IMG/VR virus record: IMGVR_UViG_3300035141_000033
Location: 2,401 to 66,400 of that record
Length of the DNA: 64,000 bases
Strand: one strand, 5' to 3'
Source: a virus
Lineage: Duplodnaviria; Caudoviricetes
The notes below the pieces were generated by a model. The model was not told the origin of the DNA, did no database searches, and saw nothing but the letters and a program-made list of their open reading frames with translations. This document shows, piece after piece, positions 48,676 to 57,715 of this stretch. Made by a program: the position numbers and the translations under genes. Position 1 is the stretch's first letter; each line of letters opens with the position of its first letter.

Positions 48676-49932
48676 TCAAGTAGGCAAATTACTTACCTTG
48701 CTTCTACTTCTTATTCTTCTATGTTGCTTTATTGTACTAGGCGCTGGAACTACAATTCTTTTCTTACAATGTGTATATATACCGTACCTCTTACCATCCA
48801 TTAAATGGTCGTTCAACTTAACTGGTTCATCTAAATCATTTCCATCTTTATCCGTTTTCCAACAATAACTTCCTGCTTCTTTTTTTAAATTATCAGAATC
48901 TGAATGATAATATATCTCTAATTCTTTCACAAATAATATACCATCTTTTACATTTTTATCTGCCGGCTTAGCGTTAAACCCTGCGTTACAAATGTCTTGA
49001 ATTCTATCAGGTTCTGCGTTATCGCAGTAAATTGGATCATTAGAACTTATTTTAAATGTTTTTATCTTTTCTATCAGTTGTGAGTTTGTAAGATGTGTTT
49101 CATATATCAATTCTTTAACTAAAAATCTATTATCTTTTATTTTAATTTCAACCAAAGCGGAAGGAACATTATACCCAAAATCCAAACCGTATATTGTTTC
49201 ATCTGGGTATTTAAAGAAATCTAAAATAGTTTGATCTGCTATTGTATAATTATCATAACAAACACCTTTTAAAGAACCCCAATTTCCTAAACAATAAACA
49301 TTATATAAACTCATATTAGAATCTTTTAAAGACTCTAAATCTCTTACATATTCGGGATCTTTTTTTATTAAATATTCATTGTCATAAATATTGGTTTTAA
49401 TTTTTCTAACATCATTAACGTTTCTAATAAAAAAACGATCATATAACCAACTAGTAGTTCCTACTGGATTAAAGGAACATATTATTTGCGATAATCCTCC
49501 TTTGCCTCCTCTAAGTCTTCTTTTTAATTCTTCATATGATTCTTCTATTATTTCATGTGCTTCTTCTATCCATATTACATCAACATTTGTTAATGATTTT
49601 ACTTTTTCTATATCTTTAATATTATTTATGGATATGAAAATAAATTGAGAATCAAAAGGTAAATGCATCACCGATTCGGATTTATTTAATTTTATAGGAA
49701 TATTAAATAAAGAAGCTCTTTCACTTATTATAGGAATGCATGTTTTTTTAATAGAAGGTAAGGTTTTTCTAACAATAACTGTTTTTGTAGCTTTTTTCCA
49801 TCTAATGCTATTTAATAACAATTTATCAGACACGGAGTATGATTTTCCAGCACCAGCGCCACCATAAAACAATAGCTCCCGGCTATTATCTTTGAAAAAT
49901 TGTTGATGTTTTTTGTTTAAATATCTCTGCAT
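48676..49932 (-). CDS. terminase large subunit (PBSX family)
   Basis: YGGAGAGKS, WIEEA, SFNP, GLDFGY and DHLMDG; likely start 49932 (MQRYL). Confidence 0.93.
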   Translation of the reverse strand: MQRYLNKKHQQFFKDNSRELLFYGGAGAGKSYSVSDKLLLNSIRWKKATKTVIVRKTLPSIKKTCIPIISERASLFNIPIKLNKSESVMHLPFDSQFIFISINNIKDIEKVKSLTNVDVIWIEEAHEIIEESYEELKRRLRGGKGGLSQIICSFNPVGTTSWLYDRFFIRNVNDVRKIKTNIYDNEYLIKKDPEYVRDLESLKDSNMSLYNVYCLGNWGSLKGVCYDNYTIADQTILDFFKYPDETIYGLDFGYNVPSALVEIKIKDNRFLVKELIYETHLTNSQLIEKIKTFKISSNDPIYCDNAEPDRIQDICNAGFNAKPADKNVKDGILFVKELEIYYHSDSDNLKKEAGSYCWKTDKDGNDLDEPVKLNDHLMDGKRYGIYTHCKKRIVVPAPSTIKQHRRIRSRSKVSNLPT

Positions 49933-49933
49933 A

Positions 49934-50497
49934 CTATTCTGATTCCACGGTATCGTCGTCCATATCGTGGTTAGGGTCAGGCAGAAAATCATTTTGTATA
50001 TTAAGCTCAAGGTGAAAAATACCTCCCTCACTGTGCTTATCATCTATCAATTTATTTATTTTAGATAGTAATTCTAATGCTTTTGTTTTGTTATGTAATT
50101 TAAATTTAGTAACTTTTCCACTATCTAAATCAATAGATTCTATTCCACTAGTATCTACTTCAGAAAGGTCTTTAAATTGGAGTTTCTTTTCTTGTTTATT
50201 ATTAGTAGGATTTTTCTTTTCTACAGTTTCTATATATTCGCCTATATCATTAAATGCTATTTTTTCTATTTCTTTTATAGTTTTAACAGCTGATTCTTTT
50301 CTATCTCCAAGTATTTTGTTTAGTTCTTTTCTAATAGCTTTTAAAATAGTAGGTTTACGTAAGTTTTGTCTTCCAGTCACATCAGCTGTTTTTTTACTAT
50401 AGCCTGCATTTCTTGCTGCTTGTGCTGCATTAAATAATTTTAAATATTCATATATAAAAAGTTGTTGCTTTACTGTAAGCTTTATTTCCTGCTCCAT
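49934..50497 (-). CDS. terminase small subunit
   Basis: LTVKQQLFIYEYL..FNAAQAARNAGYS HTH; KLHNKTKALELL. Confidence 0.9.
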   Translation of the reverse strand: MEQEIKLTVKQQLFIYEYLKLFNAAQAARNAGYSKKTADVTGRQNLRKPTILKAIRKELNKILGDRKESAVKTIKEIEKIAFNDIGEYIETVEKKNPTNNKQEKKLQFKDLSEVDTSGIESIDLDSGKVTKFKLHNKTKALELLSKINKLIDDKHSEGGIFHLELNIQNDFLPDPNHDMDDDTVESE

Positions 50498-50520
50498 ATT
50501 TTATATAAACCTTCCTTATC

Positions 50521-50655
50521 AAAACTAATATAATAATAATATTATTATTAGTAAAGTATTTTTTTCTCTCAATTATTAGTTAAAACCAACTATATTAGTT
50601 TTTAAGAAAGGAAGAGTAAGGTGGGTAGGATAAAGGAAACACCTTACTCTTTTTA
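50521..50655 (-). promoter_or_regulatory. terS upstream control region (promoter, palindromes, hairpin)
   Basis: TTTACT-17-TATATT on the minus strand; 20-bp palindrome 50531-50550; 12-bp IRs 50521-50532/50591-50602 and 50612-50623/50640-50651. Confidence 0.55.
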
Positions 50656-50704
50656 TGTAAGACTATATGAAAAAAGAAATTATATAGTATAATAATTGTT
50701 ATTA

Positions 50705-50944
50705 TCAGTCAATAATTTCTTTCTTTGCTTCTTGCCAGTAAAATTCTTTGCATTTCACTATTTTAGGATGATATATTTCGTGTTTTAATATTTGATTGTA
50801 TTTATTACAAACATGCATGTTTTCAGAATCTTTTAATAACTTCTGATCTTTTTCCTTTGGTTCTAAATAAAAACAATTATCAGGACAAAATTTTTCCATT
50901 ATTACTTCCTTTTTTTTTACCACATTCAAGACATTTAAAATCAT
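50705..50944 (-). CDS. hypothetical Cys-rich protein
   Basis: CPDNC...C..Y...C; likely start at MEKFC. Confidence 0.55.
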   Translation of the reverse strand: MILNVLNVVKKKEVIMEKFCPDNCFYLEPKEKDQKLLKDSENMHVCNKYNQILKHEIYHPKIVKCKEFYWQEAKKEIID

Positions 50945-51156
50945 ACATTCATTTTACTCCTTATCATTCGTAATAACTTAACCAAAATAATAATACCAAT
51001 AAAAACTTTCCAATCATATTGAAGTACAAACCAAGAAAATAAAATAGAAATAAGCAATATAAATATAAATATCAACATCCCTTTTTGGATAAAAACATCC
51101 CTTTTTGGATATTTTTCTATTGTATTCTTTTCTATTGTATTCTTTTCATTTTTCAT
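50941..51156 (-). CDS. small 2-TM membrane protein
   Basis: Two hydrophobic segments. Confidence 0.55.
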   Translation of the reverse strand: MKNEKNTIEKNTIEKYPKRDVFIQKGMLIFIFILLISILFSWFVLQYDWKVFIGIIILVKLLRMIRSKMNV

Positions 51157-51464
51157 TCATCGCCATCGCCAGAACCATCGCCATCGCCAGAACCATATCC
51201 AGAACCATAGCCAGAACCATCGCCATCGCCAGAACCAGCGCCAAAGCCATTGCCAAAGCCATTGCCAAAGCCAGAACCATCGCCAAAGCCAAAGCCAGAA
51301 CCATCGCCAGAACCATCGCCATCGCCAGAACCATATCCAGAACCATAGCCAGAACCATAGCCAGAACCATAGCCAGAACCATATCCAGAACCATAGCCAG
51401 AACCATCGCCAGAACCATTGCCAGAACCATCGCCAGAACCATTGCCATAATTATTTAGTTCCAT
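51153..51464 (-). CDS. glycine-rich (GxGxG) repeat protein
   Basis: GSGDGSGYG repeats; GGAG RBS; ATGA coupling. Confidence 0.65.
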   Translation of the reverse strand: MELNNYGNGSGDGSGNGSGDGSGYGSGYGSGYGSGYGSGYGSGYGSGDGDGSGDGSGFGFGDGSGFGNGFGNGFGAGSGDGDGSGYGSGYGSGDGDGSGDGDE

Positions 51465-51475
51465 TTTTTTCTCCG

Positions 51476-51742
51476 CTATAATTTTTTCTTAAAACCAGAA
51501 CCAGCGCCAGAACCATAGCCAAAACCAGAACCAGCGCCAGAACCAAAGCCATCGCCAGAACCATAGCCAGAACCATTGCCATCGCCAGAACCATTGCCAG
51601 AACCATCGCCATAGCCAAAGCCATTGCTATTGCCATAGCCAGAACCATAGCCAAAACCAGAACCATCGCCATAGCCATCGCCAGAACCATTGCCAGAACC
51701 ATCGCCATCGCCAGAACCATTGCCGTCTATTCTACCCATATT
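51476..51742 (-). CDS. glycine-rich (GxGxG) repeat protein
   Basis: MGRIDGNGSGDG...; GGAG RBS before 51742. Confidence 0.65.
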   Translation of the reverse strand, partial: NMGRIDGNGSGDGDGSGNGSGDGYGDGSGFGYGSGYGNSNGFGYGDGSGNGSGDGNGSGYGSGDGFGSGAGSGFGYGSGAGSGFKKKL

Positions 51743-52113
51743 TTCACTCCTTTGATAGATTGTTGTGCTACTATTGTACAAGGAATAATTTCTATTGCTT
51801 CAGTCAATATGATAGAATTAACTTCGCAAGGGAACTTACACTCATCAGGTTTGCTTGTCCCTTCCTGCGAAAGCTGTGAAAGACTAGCAGCGCCTTCCCA
51901 CCACCATATTCTTCTAGCATCAAACAACTCGACTTCTTTTCCATCTCTACGGTTAAGATACCCAGCAAATACCCCAGCTGAATAAGTTCTCACTATAACA
52001 TACTGCAAACCATTTAATCTTTCAGCCTCTTCAAAATTAGACTCTGCAACACTGGCCTTTGGTACATACTGCACTCCATTTACTTCAATTTCGTTAATCT
52101 TTGTTTTATCCAT
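51727..52113 (-). CDS. conserved phage protein (DUF6948-like, Sm-like fold)
   Basis: YVIVRTYSAGVFAG...L.DARRIWWWEGAASLSQL..EG. Confidence 0.75.
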   Translation of the reverse strand: MDKTKINEIEVNGVQYVPKASVAESNFEEAERLNGLQYVIVRTYSAGVFAGYLNRRDGKEVELFDARRIWWWEGAASLSQLSQEGTSKPDECKFPCEVNSIILTEAIEIIPCTIVAQQSIKGVKIWVE

Positions 52114-52282
52114 TATCTTTTAACCTCCTTTACTTATTTACTTATTTATTAACTAATTTAATACTGAAACAACTAACAGTGCATTCTATTAATCGCATCT
52201 TCTATTATAAAAATTTCATTTACATAATAAAGTATTTGTTCTTTAATCTTTTCAATCACTTTATCTTGTTCTTGAATAATCC

Positions 52283-52738
52283 TCATTCCAATAACTCCTT
52301 ATCTTCTTTATATAAAGCATATACTAAATTTACATTCTCTTTAAATTCAGAAAATAAAGCACCCGATCTATTTAACTCTTCTTGAAACAATTGACCAAAT
52401 TTTTCAGAATATACATGCATCTTCAACAATTTACTTTTATAAATACGACGCATTCTTTTTGCTTCTCTATTTTCTTTTTCTAAAATTGAAACCCTATGCT
52501 CATTAAATTTAATAATAGAATTCAACAATTTCAATTTTTCTTCATATTCAAAAACAACATCATCCAATTCATATTTAAAAGTTCTTTTACATTCTTTAAT
52601 TGTGTCTTTACGTTCTTTTTGTACTTCAATTGCTACTCTTTTATTTTCCTGTTTTTTTATTTCTTGTTTAAATTTCCTAACTAACCAAACTATTATTCTC
52701 ATAATTAAACCTCTCAGTACAGTTTTCACAAAGTTCAA
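52283..52738 (-). CDS. coiled-coil hypothetical protein
   Basis: 151-aa ORF rich in K/E. Confidence 0.65.
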   Translation of the reverse strand: MNFVKTVLRGLIMRIIVWLVRKFKQEIKKQENKRVAIEVQKERKDTIKECKRTFKYELDDVVFEYEEKLKLLNSIIKFNEHRVSILEKENREAKRMRRIYKSKLLKMHVYSEKFGQLFQEELNRSGALFSEFKENVNLVYALYKEDKELLE

Positions 52739-52822
52739 TTATATAATATTCTTTACCATCTTGAACACAAATATCATATTTAACAGGACTATAGCACATC
52801 TGACAAAGAATCACCTGTTCCA

Positions 52823-53473
52823 TTACTCATTCTCCAATACTTTTTTTATATAACAATCCAATTTTTCTTTTATTTTAGTAGGTAAACTTTTTTTAATCTT
52901 TGGAAAATTTAAATAAGCGTCTTTAAACTCATCAAATTTTGATGCTAAATAACGGACAGCACTATCATACAAATAAGCTCCTTCAACAGCAGAAAAAAAA
53001 CATCCTAAATAAATACTAGTTTTACGAAAATAAATTTGAGTTTTCCATTCACTACACGAGAAATTCATATGATGATAAACACCTTTATATTGATTCTGTC
53101 CATAATGATTCTTTCTACATCGTTGCACATGATTATACACAACAATATTATTTTCACGACAATCTAAACAATTTCCGTTCTTATGAGTCCATTGATGCTT
53201 AAAATCCTTTTTTATAAAAGAACGCAATCTAACAAATTTTTTATTGATATAGCCTAAAACAACACTACTAGAATAAGTTCTCACTAAATACCAAACATAT
53301 TTAGAAACTTCATCAAAATACTGACTATCAATCAAAGCATATTGATTATTACCGCAATCAATATAACCAATATCTCCTTCAATATAATTCTTTCTTTTCA
53401 TAATATAGTTAATTCCATTTAATATATTCATCAATATGATGATTTGAATTTTCTTTCCAATCTTCTTTTCCAT
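52823..53473 (-). CDS. HNH-AP2 homing endonuclease-like protein (degenerate HNH)
   Basis: THKNGNCLDCRENNI; AP2 domain YKGV...W..QI......YLG.F.SAVE.A..YD; likely start ~53401. Confidence 0.75.
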   Translation of the reverse strand: MEKKIGKKIQIIILMNILNGINYIMKRKNYIEGDIGYIDCGNNQYALIDSQYFDEVSKYVWYLVRTYSSSVVLGYINKKFVRLRSFIKKDFKHQWTHKNGNCLDCRENNIVVYNHVQRCRKNHYGQNQYKGVYHHMNFSCSEWKTQIYFRKTSIYLGCFFSAVEGAYLYDSAVRYLASKFDEFKDAYLNFPKIKKSLPTKIKEKLDCYIKKVLENE

Positions 53474-53512
53474 ATGTTTCTGGAAATAAAAATATTAAAT
53501 CATTTTTATCTT

Positions 53513-53905
53513 TTATTGATAATGAACCAAATCTAATGCTACTAAAATTTCCTGTTCTTCAATAGATAATTCTTCAAAACCAGACTCTTCTATTATTTCT
53601 TTTTGTTCAAAAAAACAAGTAAGATATAAATTTTTGGCATTTAAAGAAAGAGACTCCCAATAAGAAGCTATTTTTATTGCTTTATTTTTTTCTATTGGAA
53701 TATATACAAAAATAAAAGGTAATTTTTCAATAGGAAACATACCATTCCATTTATCTATTCGGACATTCCAGATTAGTAATTCACCATTTTCCATTTTCTC
53801 TCTAAGTTGTTTTTTCTTTATTCGATATTCCTTAATATTTTTACATTTAGCTGTCATAAGTTTATCCGATTTTATAGAACTATATTGAATATAATATATT
53901 TTCAT
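53513..53905 (-). CDS. hypothetical protein
   Basis: 130-aa ORF with AGGAG RBS. Confidence 0.7.
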   Translation of the reverse strand: MKIYYIQYSSIKSDKLMTAKCKNIKEYRIKKKQLREKMENGELLIWNVRIDKWNGMFPIEKLPFIFVYIPIEKNKAIKIASYWESLSLNAKNLYLTCFFEQKEIIEESGFEELSIEEQEILVALDLVHYQ

Positions 53906-53952
53906 AACATACTCCTTAAATATAATTCTCTCCTTATATTAAATTTTTAATA

Positions 53953-54099
53953 TTAATCTGTTTCTTCAAGATAAACCTCATCTATATCATAACCAAATTC
54001 ATAAGCTTCTTCCAATGCAGTTTTTTGTGCTTCCTGTAAGTCTTCTGCTTCTATTATCCATTCTACATTCTCATAATTAACTTTTACCAAATATTTCAT
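53953..54099 (-). CDS. small acidic protein (48 aa) driven by a class A cassette
   Basis: MKYLVKVNYENVEWIIEAEDLQEAQKTALEEAYEFGYDIDEVYLEETD; cassette RBS. Confidence 0.7.
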   Translation of the reverse strand: MKYLVKVNYENVEWIIEAEDLQEAQKTALEEAYEFGYDIDEVYLEETD

Positions 54100-54193
54100 T
54101 TTGTTACTCCTTTATTATTTATTATTCATTAACCAAGTTAAATATAATAATAAAGGAATAAAAAGTCAAGTTTTTTTTTAAAAAAAATACTGA
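54096..54193 (-). promoter_or_regulatory. class A promoter/RBS cassette identical to 601-698
   Basis: 98-bp direct repeat. Confidence 0.85.
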
Positions 54194-54207
54194 TTTATTG
54201 GATTATT

Positions 54208-54366
54208 TTAAAAAAATATTAGATTTTTCCTATGATAAAATTCTTCAATCTTACCTCTATTCCATTGTTCTACTGGTCTAAAATAACCAACTACTCTACT
54301 ATAACATTCCACTGGTACTTTCTTTTGCACTTCCATTCTCTTCTTGTTTATTACTTTTTTCTGCAT
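54208..54366 (-). CDS. stand-alone NrdD C-terminal-like miniprotein (52 aa)
   Basis: ECYSRVVGYFRPVEQWNRGKIEEF matches the C-terminal loop of class III ribonucleotide reductase. Confidence 0.75.
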   Translation of the reverse strand: MQKKVINKKRMEVQKKVPVECYSRVVGYFRPVEQWNRGKIEEFYHRKNLIFF

Positions 54367-54429
54367 AAAACCCTCTATTAAATTTGAATTAGAAAAATTA
54401 CAATCTAATGCATTTATTTTATTAACACT

Positions 54430-54981
54430 TCATATATTATTTCTCCTTGCCCATTCTGCTATGAGTAAACCGTCTGCGTCTTTTTGTTTTATTATTTCAT
54501 CAGCTAACATAGGAAATAAACGTATCCCTATATCTTTACTTGCTTTTTTTAATTCTGATTTTCCTTTAATTCCTTTTGGTAGTAATTCCCTTTGCCACTG
54601 CTTACTATCTATATAAATATGAGGGACATTTAACCATTCTAAACAAATCAATTGAGCTTCCAAACAACGAACAGCACTAATTGACGCCTTAAATCCTTTT
54701 GTGTTAACATAAGGTCTTTCTATTACCGCAATGGTCCTGGTGCAATCAACATGACATTCGAGTAAATCCATAAAAATATTTGTTTGTAGTCTACTAATTC
54801 CTTGTTTTGTTTTTGTATAACTCTGTTCAGTTCTAATAGGAGTAGGAAAGAAAATGCTTTCTCTATCACTTATAATACCAATACTTCCCGACACACCATT
54901 ATCAATACCAACCCAATATTTTCTATAATTCATTTGAGGTCTCCACAAATTCTTTGGTAATTGTGTGTAAACCAATAACAA
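54430..54981 (-). CDS. RuvC-like Holliday junction resolvase
   Basis: VGIDNG, VIERP, WQREL and DADGLLIAEW; likely start ~54933. Confidence 0.82.
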   Translation of the reverse strand: MLLVYTQLPKNLWRPQMNYRKYWVGIDNGVSGSIGIISDRESIFFPTPIRTEQSYTKTKQGISRLQTNIFMDLLECHVDCTRTIAVIERPYVNTKGFKASISAVRCLEAQLICLEWLNVPHIYIDSKQWQRELLPKGIKGKSELKKASKDIGIRLFPMLADEIIKQKDADGLLIAEWARRNNI

Positions 54982-55150
54982 TCAAAATATCAGCAATGGC
55001 TTCAGTTAATATATCTTTTTTTAAAGAAGTAATTATCTCCCTAGAATCCGTCTGTAAATCTTTAAATTTTTTAATGGTCTGAAATGTCTGCCAAACGGCA
55101 TACACTTCTTTAACTTCTTTTTTAGATAAAAGATTTTCAATTTCTTTCAT
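54923..55150 (-). CDS. hypothetical protein
   Basis: 75-aa ORF coupled to the RecA-like gene. Confidence 0.55.
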   Translation of the reverse strand: MKEIENLLSKKEVKEVYAVWQTFQTIKKFKDLQTDSREIITSLKKDILTEAIADILIVIGLHTITKEFVETSNEL

Positions 55151-56382
55151 TAATATTTGCTCCGTCTATCAGATTTTATTGCATCTTCCATTTCCTCCCA
55201 CTTTGCTATGGTTCTAATTTCTAATTCCTTTTCCATTTTAGGATTTTCTTCTATCATTTTTATTAACGCATCCCTACTGTAAGAATCGCCAAAATGCTCT
55301 TCAGTTTTCTTTTTTCGCACCTCTTGTTTATCTAACCATTCGCATAACCATTCTACAGACAAATTAGCTTTTCCGGTTTCATCCTTTTTTTCCTTCTTAG
55401 CTAATTCATACCACTCATTCTTTTCTAAAAACTCTTTCAAATTTTTTAAATTCTTTTCTTTTCCAGACCACTGGATGGATTTAGAGGCACTCAACAATTC
55501 ACCTTTCTCACTTCGCAAATTAAATAAATAATCTAAATTACTACCAATGTTATCTATTCCATAATCAAAGTATAAAGAAAAGGAACATTCCCTAAAAGGA
55601 CGTGGAGTTTTACTTTTATCCAATTTAGCTTTTACAACCAAACCCACAATCTTAGTTTCACCTTTAACAACTTTTTTAATTTTCTGTAAATTTGCCAACC
55701 ACAAAACACTATGGCAAAAATGATCTAATGCTTTACCTCCACTTCTGGTATATTTTTTAAAGGAAAAAGGATCTATATTTGAACGAACTTGAGAAATAAA
55801 AACCAAAGCACCTTTCTTTTTCCAAACTTCTCCGGCCTTCGTCCTAAAAAATTCTTGAGATAAAAATTTAGGAGTTTTCATCCCATAGGTTCCTTTTTCT
55901 TTTTTCTCTCTTCCTTTTTCTGCATTTTTAAAACGTTCTTCACTACGTTCATTTAATTCTTCATTACTCAAACCATCCAAAGAATCTATAATATAAACAC
56001 CACAATCATCTTTTTTTAATTTCTTTAAAAATCGATTTATATTTACATCTAAATTTTCAATTGTTTCTGATTTTAAAGTATCTTCATCCATAATTTCAAA
56101 ATTATACAGATGTTTTGAATTAAAAGTATATCCATCCTCACAATCATCATAATTCCATTTAAATTTTCCATTCATATCATGGTAATTTTTAGCAAGCACT
56201 TCATTTGCACAAAACGTCTTCCCAGAAGATTTATCACCCACAAAATTGATAATGCGTCCTTGCGGAAACCCTAAACCTTCACCGCCGCCAATTGATAAAT
56301 CTAAAAGAGTGCATCCCGTACGAAAAAAACCTTCATTATTTTTTAACATTTTTTTTGCTTTTTCTACAAAACTCAATTGCAC
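55150..56382 (-). CDS. RecA/UvsX-like recombinase
   Basis: TGC..LD..IGG..GFP.GRI, GDKSSGKT, IIDSL, FISQVR and SGGKALDHF. Confidence 0.9.
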   Translation of the reverse strand: MQLSFVEKAKKMLKNNEGFFRTGCTLLDLSIGGGEGLGFPQGRIINFVGDKSSGKTFCANEVLAKNYHDMNGKFKWNYDDCEDGYTFNSKHLYNFEIMDEDTLKSETIENLDVNINRFLKKLKKDDCGVYIIDSLDGLSNEELNERSEERFKNAEKGREKKEKGTYGMKTPKFLSQEFFRTKAGEVWKKKGALVFISQVRSNIDPFSFKKYTRSGGKALDHFCHSVLWLANLQKIKKVVKGETKIVGLVVKAKLDKSKTPRPFRECSFSLYFDYGIDNIGSNLDYLFNLRSEKGELLSASKSIQWSGKEKNLKNLKEFLEKNEWYELAKKEKKDETGKANLSVEWLCEWLDKQEVRKKKTEEHFGDSYSRDALIKMIEENPKMEKELEIRTIAKWEEMEDAIKSDRRSKY

Positions 56383-56722
56383 GTTCTAAATCCTCCTTAT
56401 TTTTAAACATATATCTACCTGCATGTTTTTCCAAAGAAATCCCTAATTTCAAACAAGCATAGTATAATTGATGATAAGTATAACCACTAATTCTAGCTTG
56501 TTCAGCTAGAACTAAAGGTGATGTTAAAAGTTCTCCAATTTTTTTCACATCAGGTTCTCTTATATAAAAATGATAACCATCAATTGAAAACAAAAGGTTC
56601 TCTTTTTTTAAAAATAAGCGTAGATGTTCCAAATGCATATCAATTCCAAAAGATTCTTTAAGATAAGATAAAGCTTCTTTTATGGTTAAATCTGTCATTA
56701 ATCCTCCTGGTCTTCCATACAA
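56336..56722 (-). CDS. putative HTH DNA-binding protein
   Basis: LTIKEA...GI.M..E.LR..L excisionase-like pattern; likely start ~56698. Confidence 0.5.
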   Translation of the reverse strand: MYGRPGGLMTDLTIKEALSYLKESFGIDMHLEHLRLFLKKENLLFSIDGYHFYIREPDVKKIGELLTSPLVLAEQARISGYTYHQLYYACLKLGISLEKHAGRYMFKNKEDLERAIEFCRKSKKNVKK

Positions 56723-57711
56723 TCATCCCACAATTTACATTTACGACATTCTTTCTTCTTATCGCAATCAGCACCCCATTCATGATCATATGGACACTCT
56801 TTTACTTTATTCTTTTTCTTACTAGAAACAACTTTTTCTTCCTCATCCTCATCCTCATCAATTTCAATTTCATCTTCTGTCTCATTCTCATCATCAACTC
56901 TAGAATTTTTATTACTTTTCTTTCTCTTCGACGGTTCAACCTCATTCTCATCATCATCGTCTTCATCATCTCCAAGTAAATATATTTTTTCTATTTCTTC
57001 ATAAGAATGAATTATAAGCAAATCATCAAAACTAACCGTTTCCTCTACCAAATCCTCATCCAATTCTTCTTCTCTATCTAAAAAATCAAATGATTTAAAT
57101 TCATAAAATTCATTTCCATTCATTGATTTAGACCGAGCACTAAATTTAATAACGGATCCTTCTTCAAGATCGGCAAAAGGTATAATATCTTCACCATTAG
57201 CACATTCTCTAGCTTCCTGAATTAATTCTTTTTCAAAAAGAAAATGACTAATTTCCCAAATATGTAAAGATTGAGCTTCTCCTCTTATAATAGGTTGAAC
57301 ATTGTACAATACCCTTCTTTGTGCCTTATCCGCACTAGCATTTTTCTTATCACCTTCATCATATAATTTTTGAACATTCTCGCAAATTGGACAAGGTTTG
57401 CCATATGTCTTTTTCGGACATAATATATCCGCATTATTAGGTCCAACATACCTATGAATCCAAATATCTAAAACATAATCCAAATCACCTTTTTCTAAAA
57501 CTCCAGATTTAACAAGTGGATGTTTTTTTGAAGTAACTTCAAATGGAATAATATTTATTTTATTAATCCCTGATGTCGGTGAAAAAAATTGAGGACTTTC
57601 TTCTAATTTTTTAAAATCTAATATACCTATACGTGAAGAACCTCCCTTATCTTTGCTTCTATAAGATTCTTGATATCTACTTTTAGATAATCTTCTTTTC
57701 TTTTTTGCCAT
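56698..57711 (-). CDS. single-stranded DNA-binding protein-like with acidic tail and C-terminal Cys4 domain
   Basis: H.YVG....LCPKKTYGKPCPICE; long acidic tract; CPYDH...C...C..C..WDDC. Confidence 0.7.
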   Translation of the reverse strand: MAKKKRRLSKSRYQESYRSKDKGGSSRIGILDFKKLEESPQFFSPTSGINKINIIPFEVTSKKHPLVKSGVLEKGDLDYVLDIWIHRYVGPNNADILCPKKTYGKPCPICENVQKLYDEGDKKNASADKAQRRVLYNVQPIIRGEAQSLHIWEISHFLFEKELIQEARECANGEDIIPFADLEEGSVIKFSARSKSMNGNEFYEFKSFDFLDREEELDEDLVEETVSFDDLLIIHSYEEIEKIYLLGDDEDDDDENEVEPSKRKKSNKNSRVDDENETEDEIEIDEDEDEEEKVVSSKKKNKVKECPYDHEWGADCDKKKECRKCKLWDDCMEDQED

Positions 57712-57715
57712 TATT

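Noticed and set aside
51105-51720. Alternative ORFs (MAMVLA..., IARTIART...) over the Gly-rich repeats
   Set aside because: These are shadow frames of 6-nt repeats lacking stop codons; the Gly frame has the RBSs and the coupling to neighbours
601-54193. Repeated cassettes considered as a CRISPR array or transposon ends
   Set aside because: They are dispersed rather than regularly spaced, there are no cas or transposase genes, and they match promoter/RBS consensus
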